64,000 nucleotides of DNA from Phoronis australis (lineage: Eukaryota > Animalia > Phoronida). This document shows positions 1 to 11,900 of this stretch, one piece after another; within the stretch, counting starts at the first letter, position 1; the number at the start of each line of letters is the position of its first letter. The stretch is taken from assembly GCA_002633005.1 (NCBI GenBank), contig NMRA01000134.1, positions 377,467 to 441,466 of the forward strand. The letters are read 5' to 3'. The notes beneath the pieces are model-generated. The model did not search any database and was not told where the DNA came from. It saw nothing but the letters and a program-made list of their open reading frames with translations. The translations under genes and the position numbers were made by a program.

Positions 1-371
1 CTGGTTCCCGGCAGCACGTACGCGAAGGGCGGGAACTTCAGCTTTCAAAGTTCGCCGGTAGGTCCGCAACTTCTGACCTTCGGCCTGGTTAAGAAAATGA
101 AAAAGTTGATTTCACGATTTTGGGAACTGAAATAGGGACTGCTCGAAGAAAAAGTTTGATAATAGGAGTATTTGTTCGAGTTGGAAGGAATTAAACACAT
201 CGACAACCTCCTCAGGTGTTCCTCTATGCGCAAAAGGTATTTATTACAACGTGACTTTGATGGTTTAGTTGGTGCGAGGCATAATTCGCCGAAAAGCTTC
301 CGGCGTACAGAGCGCCTATAGCCTCTACATCGCCTCTGCTTCGGGCCAACAGAGGCGATGGTCATTGCCTA
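1..371. mobile_element. Right part of an Academ-like non-autonomous TIR element, truncated by the window edge
   Basis: Near-identical to 30445-30840, ending in the same hairpin (catcgcctctg...cagaggcgatg) and terminal TGCCTA. Confidence 0.6.
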
Positions 372-1789
372 ACCTGACTCCGGAGTCACGAATCAAACCA
401 GCGACCCAGATTAAGATAAAATCACAGGCACAGCCACAGGCTCTTGAGTTTATCTGTTCCTCGATCACCACTGACGTCACTCGCTACTAAGAAAATATAA
501 AGGTTGGACTCTAAGCATCAGTTTGCTCAGAATTTTCTTCTCAAATACGAATGGAACTCTACGAAATCAGCATTGAACAAATCTTTGAATTATTCTTTCA
601 GTTGATCACATGAAATTGCCTTCGACTGGTGATTACAAAAATGTCAAAAAATGTCATATCACATGCGCAAATTCAAGGACCTTATTTTGTGGTGTTCATG
701 ACCTTCGTAAACATCCCGGTTTTCACAGATACCTCCGAAGCAATTCCGAAGCTTAGTTTTTGTGTGCCCACAAATGCTATTTGAGTGCCTTTCACATAAT
801 TTAGTGTCAGTTTGAATGTATGTCAATTCTGGTTAAATTGTAAAATAAGTGTGTAAACTTAAGAACTACAGATTGCTGGCTACTAACGTAGGTCTGTAAC
901 TGGGAAATCTGGCACTTGCCGATAGGTGATCTCCTGCGACTAAAGATGCGGTCAGACATCAGAAATTTTTCTGCCAAAAGCTGAGCGTTCATTGTGCTTC
1001 AACGAAGCATACTGGAAGGCTAATCTCAGTAACATTTTCATTTAAGGTGCAAACAAATTTATTGACTTTGACATAGAGGTGCTTGCTCTAACTTCAAAAT
1101 TTGTCTACAAACAGGTGTACAAGTTAAAGCACAGCTGAAATCCGTAATGTTAACTATTTAACCTCCTTGAATTCTGAGTTTAGCGTTTGTTTTGGAAATT
1201 CCGTTGTCAATTTGGCACTCACAAGAACAATTCATGGGATCAAGGAATAATAAGGCTTCGGAGGTTTATGTAATACCAGTCTGAGGGAGGTGCACGCAGA
1301 TTTTATTTGGATTTGAGACAGTTGAATTTTGGGAGCCTAGGCTCAGTAAACTTTTATTGTCAAAGTTATGAGTCATCAGAAATTCGTCTGCCTGTGGATA
1401 AAACCTGCAAGTGTGCTAACAATTCAGCTAATTGGCAATTTCCCGTTAGCAGTTGGCTAACAGGGACTCATGTTTCATTGACAGCACACCTACAACATTC
1501 CTCCCCTTTCTTATGGAACAAGCTCGCCTCCTGGCTGTAGATCTCAGTAACAACCTAGCTTCCCGTAATTTGACCTCAGTAGCATTCGGCTCTGTCCTGG
1601 ACTGCCCTCAGCAACGTTCTCCTCTGTTCTGGACCTACACCAATTGCGCCCTGTCCAAAATCTGCTGCCTTGGCACAAAGCTTTTATTATTGCTTCCAAA
1701 GGTTCTTGTGTTTCACCAGAATAACGTCTACAACATTAGACAGCCTGAACTGGACCAGCATAGCTGACCATTACTAAGTGGTCATCCCA

Positions 1790-1880
1790 CAGGACTGCCA
1801 TACGCTGGAAACTTTTTGGCTACTTAGTTGCTATAAGTACTTTTTGGGCATAGAGGGACACCTTAGGAGGCCAAAATTCT
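1790..1880. repeat. Degenerate fragment of the same Academ-like repeat family
   Basis: gttgctataagtactttttgggcatagagggacaccttaggagg resembles 30020-30065 and 27995-28035. Confidence 0.45.
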
Positions 1881-2903
1881 AGTACTGACGTGCCAGACAA
1901 ATGTCGTTGAAGTGGTTGAGGATACAAACTAGATACAAATCAAGCACAAAATCAAACATTTTAAAAAACTTCCTGCCAAAAAAGTCCATGAGGTACTATC
2001 AACAGCACGTTGTTTAGGTTTCAGTGGTAGATGTCAAGAACTGTCTCATGGCAAGAAAAGTATAGCCAAAATCATTGTGCTCTCATTGAAAATACAGATG
2101 GTAATATCTCGTACAATCTCATGAGAATCTTGCTTTTCTACCAAGACACGTCTAATGCTTTTGAATATTCCCCCGGATTTGGTTATTAAAACTTTGAGAA
2201 GAGAATAGTTCTTTTGAAGTATAAATTTGTTTTGGCATAGTAATAGTATGAGATACTGTAATTGACTTTAGACCTGGTAAGGGTCATTTTCAACAACGCT
2301 AACAACATAATGTCCCAGGCCACCACTGGCGATGACTAACTCCCAGCATCTTGAAATTGTGTGTGAAATGTTTGAATATACGATTGGAAACAATAGAAAT
2401 AAAAATACAAAATTTGTTCACAAGTACTGAGGGTAGTTCTGGCTTTTTTATTGGTTGACACTTTTTACTAGGTCAAACCTGGGAATACGAGACAGCAGTG
2501 CAAGTATGTCGCCACTCGTATTCTCTTGCGGAGATGTTCAGAACCATTGAAGAGGGACTAGAGTTGTGATGCATTGCGAATTTTGGGAATGCTTGTACTG
2601 CCCCATGTAGACTTAGTTTTAAGATGCTTAACACTACCATTTGTAGAATATTTTAGTTTCTCTAACTAGTGCATGCAATCATTTGGAGAAATCAGCACCT
2701 CTTGTATCTTTGTTATGCACAATGTAGAGCACATACCAACCATCTGCACTGCTCGTTGTTTCTTGGACCTGGTTAAAATTGATTTTCATGTTTCTTGTTT
2801 TCAGGAAAACTACTGGTACTTATTTACTGTCATCTTTTGTTGGTTCCATTTGGCATCAAATGTTTCATAATCTTCTGGGACGGTGCAGATAACAGAAAAT
2901 TCC

Positions 2904-5900
2904 ATGATGAGGCGCCAAAACATGACCACTGTTGTCAATCGAAAGCGTCTAACGTCAGCTGTCAAAGAACTGGACGCCTTTCCGAAAATTCCAGAAAGTT
3001 ATACAGAAAGTACAGTTTCCGGTGGTGGAAGTAAGTTGTTGATTTGTTGTCATACATGTTTATTTATGAATTAATATATTGTATGATGTTGCCGTGAAGC
3101 ACCTGTGTGACTATTATGTTGGGGTTAATGTATCTCACTAGTGTAACTATGAAGTTGTTACACATGTTATTCAGTAGTGAGTCTTGTTCTGATTAAAACA
3201 CATTTTGAAGAAGTTTTCTGTGTAGGGCCAAGTAACTGAACTTGAACAACTTCACAGTCAGCGCTTTGTCTAAGTTTACTGAGGGAAGTTGTGCACATTC
3301 AAGTTTTAGGAGTTTTATTATACCACGAATAATATGGTAACTGTATAGTTATGATGTAAGTCATTTAAAGGTAATAATTATTTCTTTCCCTTCCAGTCTC
3401 TATTGTTGCTGTCGTCTGCATTGTCATATTAACAGTATCAGAAATAATGTACTACACAGCCACAGAAATCAAGTATTCATATAATGTTGATGATAAACCA
3501 GATAAGTACGTATACTATGAAAGTTAAGTGATTATCTCTGTCACTCACACAGTCTGTCTGTCTCAAACAGTTGAGGGTACAACTTGTCACACACAGTGCA
3601 GTTGGAGAAATAAGTCATTATCTATGTCTCTGACACATTGTGCAATATGTAACAGTATACTGTGGTTGGCTGTTTCATAATGATTGAAAGTTGTCAGAAT
3701 TATCTTTTTATGGAAGCTTAAGACATGCGCCTGCACGAGTGATGCCCACCAGGGCCTATAAGAAAACATTTTGGTGTGTAAAATAAAGTTAATAAAAAGA
3801 CATTTCAGTCTGAGCACATGTTTGTTTAGTAGGCTCTGGTGATGTTTTTTACTTGAGTGGGAATTTCCATAATTATGAAAAAGGGACCTTTTCCTAAGGT
3901 TTGCATCTGAAAGAGGTTATGTTTGGTTAGTTTTGTTTTTGTTGTTAATAAAGTTCAAAAAGTCTGTTGCTCTTGCTCATGTTTTGTTGTCTCCCCTTCT
4001 TCATTTTCTTCCGTTTCCTTTCAGTAAGCTCAAGATAAATGTAGACATAACAGTTGCCATGAAATGTCACAGTAAGTGTTTCTTGAAACCTGTCAGGCAT
4101 TTACAAATGTCAAGACTTGCTGCTGACCAGGTCATTAAAATTTTACTGGACACTCCAATATTACATAGTGACATCGTGTGGAACTAAGAATTTTACTTGA
4201 AGCATGTCATGGATTGGTAGTTTTTCAAGCCCAGCCCCAATTAAAGTTTGGTGTCAGTGCTAGTGTGTAATTAGCTAATAATGCTATGACCCAATAACTC
4301 ACAGATCATTACAAACTGTAGTGCCGACATTTGGTACTCTTTGTGGAAGTACTTCTTTTCGAAAGTTCTTAACAGTCTGCAGATGTTTTTCCCGAACACT
4401 GCAAAGAGAATATCTCTTAAACGAAAAAGAAATCTGCATGACATTTTGAAGTGTTGGTGTAGATGATAAACGTGTTTATTTTTTATCTGGCTAATATAAT
4501 AATAGTTCTTGCTGATCTTATTTAACAGTGATTGGTGCTGACGTGCTGGATGTCACTGGACAGAACGCAGCTGGGTTTGGTGAACTCCAGAAAGAGGCAG
4601 TGCATTTTGAAATGGACTCGCAACAGAAGGCATTCCATGAATTAGCCACCCGCCTCAACACATATCTCAGAGATGAATATCATTCCATGCACGAGGTTCT
4701 TTGGTTACAGCAATTCAGCGGAAAATTTTTCGAGATGCCATCTAGGTAACCTGTGAGCCATTGCTGAGGCGTTCTCTTTGTAATGTACATTTGTTTGTTG
4801 TATTCACAAATAGCAAAAACTTGTGCGCATTATAACACTCAATGACATTTTAACCAATTGTGCAAAATTGAACAATCCCCATCAGTTATGTCCTCTTTAG
4901 TAGCTGGTCATCTAATTGAATCTTAATAGATGGTAACCTAATGTTTACTGTGCTCCTCATATCAACTGCTCAGTTGTGTTTACTTCTAAAGAAGGTAATG
5001 TTTTCTCGGTATTGTTACATTCAGGAAAGTAATTGTCATCATATATAACATGCGTCATTATCCTACTAGAAAAAAGGTGGAGTCAAATAGCTGTTTTGTG
5101 GATATATCCAGGGTTATGTGAAAGTGCTTAGAATAGGTCCGTGCAGCATTGTTGAGGCTTACTTGCTACCATTATGGTATCTGTTCTAAAGAGTACACCA
5201 TCATTAGATTTCTCTGATCTCATGATGTCTGGGGGGTACACCATAATTAGATCTTCTCTGATCTCATGATGTCTGGGGGGTACACCATAATTAGATCTTC
5301 TCTTATCTAATGATGTCTGGGTGTACTTTCTACCTTTAGATATAGTTTCATGCAGTCTGAGGGCACACCACCTTTTGATCTTGTTTTGTCTAGTGATGTC
5401 TGAGGGTACATTACCTCTACTGGTGTCTCGTGGTTTTGTCTAGTGATGTCTGAGGGTACATTACCTCTACTGGTGTCTCGTGGTTTTGTCTAGTGATGTC
5501 TGAGGGTACATTACCTCTACTGGTGTCTCGTGGTTTTGTCTAGTGATGTCTGAGGGTACATTACCTCTACTGGTGTCTCGTGGTTTTGTCTAGTGATGTC
5601 TGAGGGTACATTACCTCTACTGGTGTCTCGTGGTTTTGTCTAGTGATGTCTGAGGGTACATTACCTCTACTGGTGTCTCGTGGTTTTGTCTAGTGATGTC
5701 TGAGGGTACATTACCTCTACTGGTGTCTCGTGGTTTTTTGGGGGTGCACTCCACTTTTTGATCTTGTTTTGTCTAGTGATGTCTGAGGGTACATTACCTC
5801 TACTGGTGTCTCGTGGTTCTTTGGGGGTACACTTTTTGATCTTCACTTGTCTCATAATCTGGGGGGTACTCCACCTTTAGGTCTTCTCTTGTCTCATGTT

Positions 5901-8900
5901 GTCTTGGGGGGGATTACGCCACCTCTAGGTCTTGTCTAGTATGTTGCTGTGCTGTTCTTCTTTGAAACTTGGTTAAGATGTGTAGAAAAGTATAATTTTT
6001 CCTGCTCTGTTTTGCTTGTTACTGGCTTTCATGAACTGTAGTAAAGTTTCTTTAACCTAACGTGCAATATGGTGGAACATTGGGAAATAATTAGTTGCAA
6101 TTATTCTCTGAGATTCAATTGTCCTTTTTGTGCGCATTTGCTTTAATTCAAAAGGACTTTACCTTTAAGTACTCACTGACTAAGGTGCAACTTATAAACT
6201 AGGTTACTCAATATATATCACACTTTTCCTTGTCATGATAGGAGATGATTCATATCCCCAAAATATATCTCACACGTTCCCATTCCATGGTAGTGAATGC
6301 TTCATATTCCCACAATTTATCGCACGCCTTCCCATCTCATGGAAGTGAATGATTCGTATCCCTGCAATATACCTCACACCTTCCGTTTCATAGTGAATGA
6401 TTCATATCCCTATAATATATTTCACACCGTCCCATTTCATGGTAGGAAATGATTCATATCCCCACAATATACCGGTATCTCTCACCTTCCATTTCATGGC
6501 GAATGATTCATATCCCCATAATATATCTCACACCTTCCCATTTCATGGTAGGGAATGATTCATATATAGGAAGTGCCCCAAGTAAAAGATGGGATATTAA
6601 TAACACAATCCTCTTATTTGTTGCAGATCACAGCCTGTTGAGGGCGATCCTGATGGTTGTCGTTTACACGGGACGCTGGAAGTGAACAAAGTGGCAGGCA
6701 ACTTCCACATCACTGCAGGACAGTAAGTTGGGGCCAGGGAGTGTTCTTTCACACTGCATGGTGGTTAGTGGGGCCATGGGTGTACATTCACTCTCCATGG
6801 TGGTTAGTGGGGCCAGGGGTGTACATTTACACTGCATGGTGGTTAGTGGGACAAGGGGTGTACATATACACTGTATTGTTGTTAGTAGACCAGGGGATTG
6901 TTCATTCATACACTTCTCGGCAGTAACTGGGGCTATGGGGTTGTACCTTCACAAACTCCTGGGCAGTAACTGGGCCAGGGGTTTCTTTTGTACGGATTCT
7001 GGTTCGTGTCAGGTGTCCAAAAATTGTTCATTGGGTTGAGCGTATGTGTAGAACAAGTATCATGCATTTGTTAACATCAATATGAAATTTTGGATTTAAA
7101 CAAAATCTAAACATTTCTTAAGATTTTAACATTTTCTACATTTCTATGTAGATCCATCTAACTTAGGACTTCCTGGAACCTGTTATGGTAATAGTCAGAT
7201 ATGACTTGCCTGCATTTTGAGAACCAGTTTTCACCTTTGGAAATGGTATCAAACTGGTTCTCAAAATGTGGGCACATAATATCTGACTATTGCTGCCTGA
7301 TACAGTTGTTTTGATAAATTGATTACAATGAATTAATGTTCATCTTCAGCTTCTTTCCATTAACTTTTGTTATGTATAGAAAGTTTTCAATGATTCATTT
7401 TTCTTTTTATGCGCTCACATATGCCGTTATCTCTGTCTGTTCGTCCATCCTACCGGCGTCCACTACTCTATCTTCTAAACCCTTGATGTATGTTCATGAA
7501 ATTGTGCACATATGTTCCTTTCATGGATGGGACGGTATGAGTGAACTTTCGGACGGATCCAACAACTGGTGTGCCCCCTAGTGACAATTTTATTTTTTTA
7601 CGTTTATCTGTATTGTCAAAGGTCCTCAACGTATTTCATAAAAATTTGGCAAAAAGGCATCTATGTGATCCTGTTTTCGGATCGATTCGAAGAAGTTTGC
7701 ACCACCTAGTGGCCATTTTTACTGTTTTCGAGTCTGTTTTTTGACGTCCACCCCTTAATCAACCAAACCGCTCTAAGGATGATTGTGAAAATTAGCATGT
7801 ATGTTCTTACTATGAAGAGCGGCTGACGATGATTTTCTGGCAACTTTGCCCCCTAGTTCCAATTTTAGTTTTTTCCGTTTACCTCTTTACCTCAACGAAT
7901 TTTCAGAAAATTTGGAATAGACATCTGTTGGAATCGAGGTACTTTGCACCACCTAGTGGCCATTTTTGCTGTTTTCAAGTCTGGTTTTTGACGTCCTCCC
8001 CTCGATCAGCCAAACCATTCTAAGGATGATTTTGAAAATTGGCGTATATGTTGTCAGTGTGACTGTTGACAATGACGACTTCTATTGCGCCTCCTAATGG
8101 TAGTTATGTTTTGTTTTGCGCCCGTTGCTGCATCTCCTAAGCCCACTGCAGGATCTTTATAAAATTTAGTAATTGTATTTATATGAAGCCAACAACAGAC
8201 GACGACATCTTTCAGGCGGATCCAATGAACGCTGTGCCCCTTAGTGGCAATTTCGTTTTTTCCTTTGCTTCTCTGAAGTTCCTTGACAGATTTTTATGCG
8301 CCCACATATTTATATGTGGACGCATTATGCCATCATCTCTGTCCATCCGTCCGTCCGTCCGGCGTCCGCTGCTCTATCTCCAAAACCCTTTGACATACGT
8401 TCATGAAATTTGGCACATATGTTCCATTTATGAATGGGACGGCATGTGCGAACTTTCGGACGGATCCGACTACCGTTGTGCCCCCTAGTGGCTGGCAATT
8501 TTAGTTTTTTACGCTTACCTTTGTATCTTCAAAAGTCCTGAACGGATTTTCATGAAATTTGGTATGTAGGCACCTATTAGTGAGATGACGCTATCCTTCC
8601 GTTTTCAGATGGATTCGACATAGTTTGCGCCACCTAGTGGCCATTTTTAGTGTTTTCGAGTNNNNNNNNNNNNNNNNNNNNNNNNNNNNNNNNNNNNNNN
8701 NNNNNNNNNNNNNNNNNNNNNNNNNNNNNNNNNNNNNNNNNNNNNNNNNNNNNNNNNNNNNNNNNNNNNNNNNNNNNNNNNNNNNNNNNNNNNNNNNNNN
8801 NNNNNNNNNNNNNNNNNNNNNNNNNNNNNNNNNNNNNNNNNNNNNNNNNNNNNNNNNNNNNNNNNNNNNNNNNNNNNNNNNNNNNNNNNNNNNNNNNNNN

Positions 8901-11900
8901 NNNNNNNNNNNNNNNNNNNNNNNNNNNNNNNNNNNNNNNNNNNNNNNNNNNNNNNNNNNNNNNNNNNNNNNNNNNNNNNNNNNNNNNNNNNNNNNNNNNN
9001 NNNNNNNNNNNNNNNNNNNNNNNNNNNNNNNNNNNNNNNNNNNNNNNNNNNNNNNNNNNNNNNNNNNNNNNNNNNNNNNNNNNNNNNNNNNNNNNNNNNN
9101 NNNNNNNNNNNNNNNNNNNNNNNNNNNNNNNNNTATGTTTCTGTGGTGCTTTAAGCAACTGGTGTATAGGATGTGCTTGTATTATGAAGATTACTCACAT
9201 TTTGCCCCTAGCCTATTGAGGAGACAATGACCATGCCTTTCCATTTTGCAAAGTATGCCCTCTACTGGCCACTTTATGGTACCAATAAACAACCCTAGAA
9301 GGATACCGTATGCGGTGCAATTGTGGGCGCATTTCAACGCTCCACGTTGCTCTTGTTATGAAATTTGGTAAATATCTTTCTATTAAAGAAGCGATGGCAT
9401 GTTCCCGTTTTCAGGTGGATTGGACGTTTTTGCGCCATCTAGTAGCCATTTTTATGAAACAAATAAACAACCCTAGAAGCACACCGTTTGCGTTGCATTC
9501 ATGGGCACATTTCAATGCTCCGCTTTGCTCTTGTTATTATCTGGTAATTCCATTATGTTTTATGCTCAAGAGAGTGTATATTGATTCATGATGACACTCG
9601 GAGAATCACGGAATGAGCATAGCTTGCTTTTTTATTCATGTCAAATTTCTGTACTAAGTAGAAAATATAGATAAACGTATGTTGTGTTGTGTATCAATAT
9701 TTGTCACCTGCTTGGGATTCTTTTAGTCAAATGACTTGATCAGTCAGCCATATTTTTTCTGCAGAACACTTCCTAATTTCTTTTTGGGACATTCCCATTT
9801 GACAATGAACCTTGCTGTGTCAGGTAGGTTGGCATGGCAACGTGTATAACATTGGTTGTCACTTTGTGTCATGATTAGAGCACTATGTGATTGCTTGCTA
9901 GCTCCTGACGCTCCCTCCCGTTAGGAATCCTAATGCAAACAGTAAAATTCATTTCAAAACCATGGCTGGGGTGCAACGTTTATTTCTAATCATGTTTTTT
10001 AAAAAAAACGAGAATGCATTAATTGTAAATCACCCCAAGTGTTTCATGAAGAATTCACTAACAGATTAATACAACCTAGCTTCCACCCGTTAACCTTGGT
10101 GTAGCTCTTAAAGCCGTTCCACTCACCACCAGCCCCGTGACCTTTAGTCTTTAATGTCATACAGTTCATGCAATCATGCATTGCTTTATATCATGATCCA
10201 ACTGTTATAGTTTGGTTATGTGTTGACTGTTGTGTTCTATTGATCTAACCCAGGCATCTCCCTGGCTTCATGGGCCATGCACATCTGGCTGGTATGGTAG
10301 CCAAACAAGGTGAGGAGGCTCTAACCAAATCCTGCTAGTCTCATGCCATCTGTTGACAGATGTGTAACATTAACCATTCACGTAGTGAAATAATTTGTGG
10401 AATTTGATGGTGATAAGAGGATTTGGGGAGAAATGCACAGCGCCACCTAGAGTTCACGTGGATAGATCGTGGGATTTCACAGCTTTCTCTTGAAATCTTT
10501 ACAATCATTATGCCGTCAAATTACTCAGTGCTAGTATGCTGTTGTCAAATAACTTCTGCATAACGCTTCATCTTGATCGTCCATGTTCGTCACGTTCATG
10601 CTCTCATCTATGTTCACTGGCAATATTAAGTCACAGCGCCCTCTAGCTGTGCAACTGTAAATCGGGCATGTAAGAACTTCTTAAGGACAAAGTTCATTTC
10701 CACCATGAATTTAGATCATGGATTGCGAATCTCGTTAGTCAATAGATATCACAAAAACAGGAACATTTCCTTCCTGAATAACAACTTTGATAAACTTTGC
10801 TGGATGTCTTGTCTGGAAGCTCCAGAAATTGAAATATCAAAGCTAAATGTTTTCAATTGTATTAAATTCTCTGTTTTGGAATAAATAAATGTGATGCTCT
10901 AGGAGCGTTGCTTGGGAAACTGTGTTGACGTAGTAACTGGGGTGTTTTGAATTTCACTTTTTAAAATTTTTTATTGTAACGAAAGTGAAATGGTGTTTTT
11001 AGATGCTGTCATTATTGAAAACTGTTTTACGTTAGATTTTTTGTTTTACTTCAAGTTTTGTTCAGACCCGAGGAAGGTCATTGTTATTGGTGAACTATAA
11101 ACTTCATTTTGGCATTAGTAGCAGTTTTCCTAATATTTACACTCTGAGGATGTGTTATTCCTGTTTTGCATTTAGTGAAATAATTAATTATTTTTCAGCA
11201 TTGTTTAAATGAACTTTTATGTTTTTGCATCCAAAAATACATATTTTGGACTGTTGTTGTTGTATGACATAGATTTGTTGATGTTATTACAGAAAACAGT
11301 AAAATCTATTGAGACGTTGTGATTTTATCTACAATTCTCACAGTTGTCTGCCAGACATATTTATGGAACTAGCTTTAGCTCAGTTGGTAGAGAATTTGAT
11401 TGCGAGCACAAACGTTGCAGATTCAAATTCACGCTCAGGGCTAACCTTGGCAAATCTCGTTTCTTGCCAATGACTAAGTCAAATGGTGGTGTTTAATTGT
11501 TCAAGCGGAGAAGCTGGTTGCACTCACGTGAAATTTTTCTTTCAGATTATAATTTTTCGCACCGCATCGATTCATTTTCTTTTGGCGAGACTGTTATGGG
11601 AAGAGTGAACCCCCTGGATTCTGATCTGAGAATTACAGACCAGCGTAAGTACCACTTGACATTCAAATCTGAGAATTACGTTTCACTTGATTTTCAGGTG
11701 AGATCTAAGCGTTAAAGGCCAACACAAGTACAAATTGAAATTCTGGTTGATGCAAAATTGCAGCTCCCTCTGTTGGGTTTTCTGGCCGTCGAGTTCAAAC
11801 TAACTGATCCAAGATTCAGGATCCTTGAGTTGATGTTCCGGAAGACAATCGCTATTTTCACTGTAACTAGACAGTCTTCGGTAGGAGGAACCAGTCAATT

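Noticed and set aside
472-479. TGACGTCA (CRE) as an ERGIC2 promoter element
   Set aside because: A single 8-mer, and the non-coding first exon and start site could not be located from sequence alone.
5391-5737. CRISPR-like regular repeats
   Set aside because: Units are contiguous and identical with no unique spacers, no cas genes, and they lie in a eukaryotic intron.
8625-9230. Long ORFs of 174-201 aa
   Set aside because: Artefacts of translating the N gap.
11371-11443. Functional tRNA gene
   Set aside because: Anticodon and T arms do not pair cleanly and the B box is degenerate, so it is kept only as a pseudogene or SINE head.
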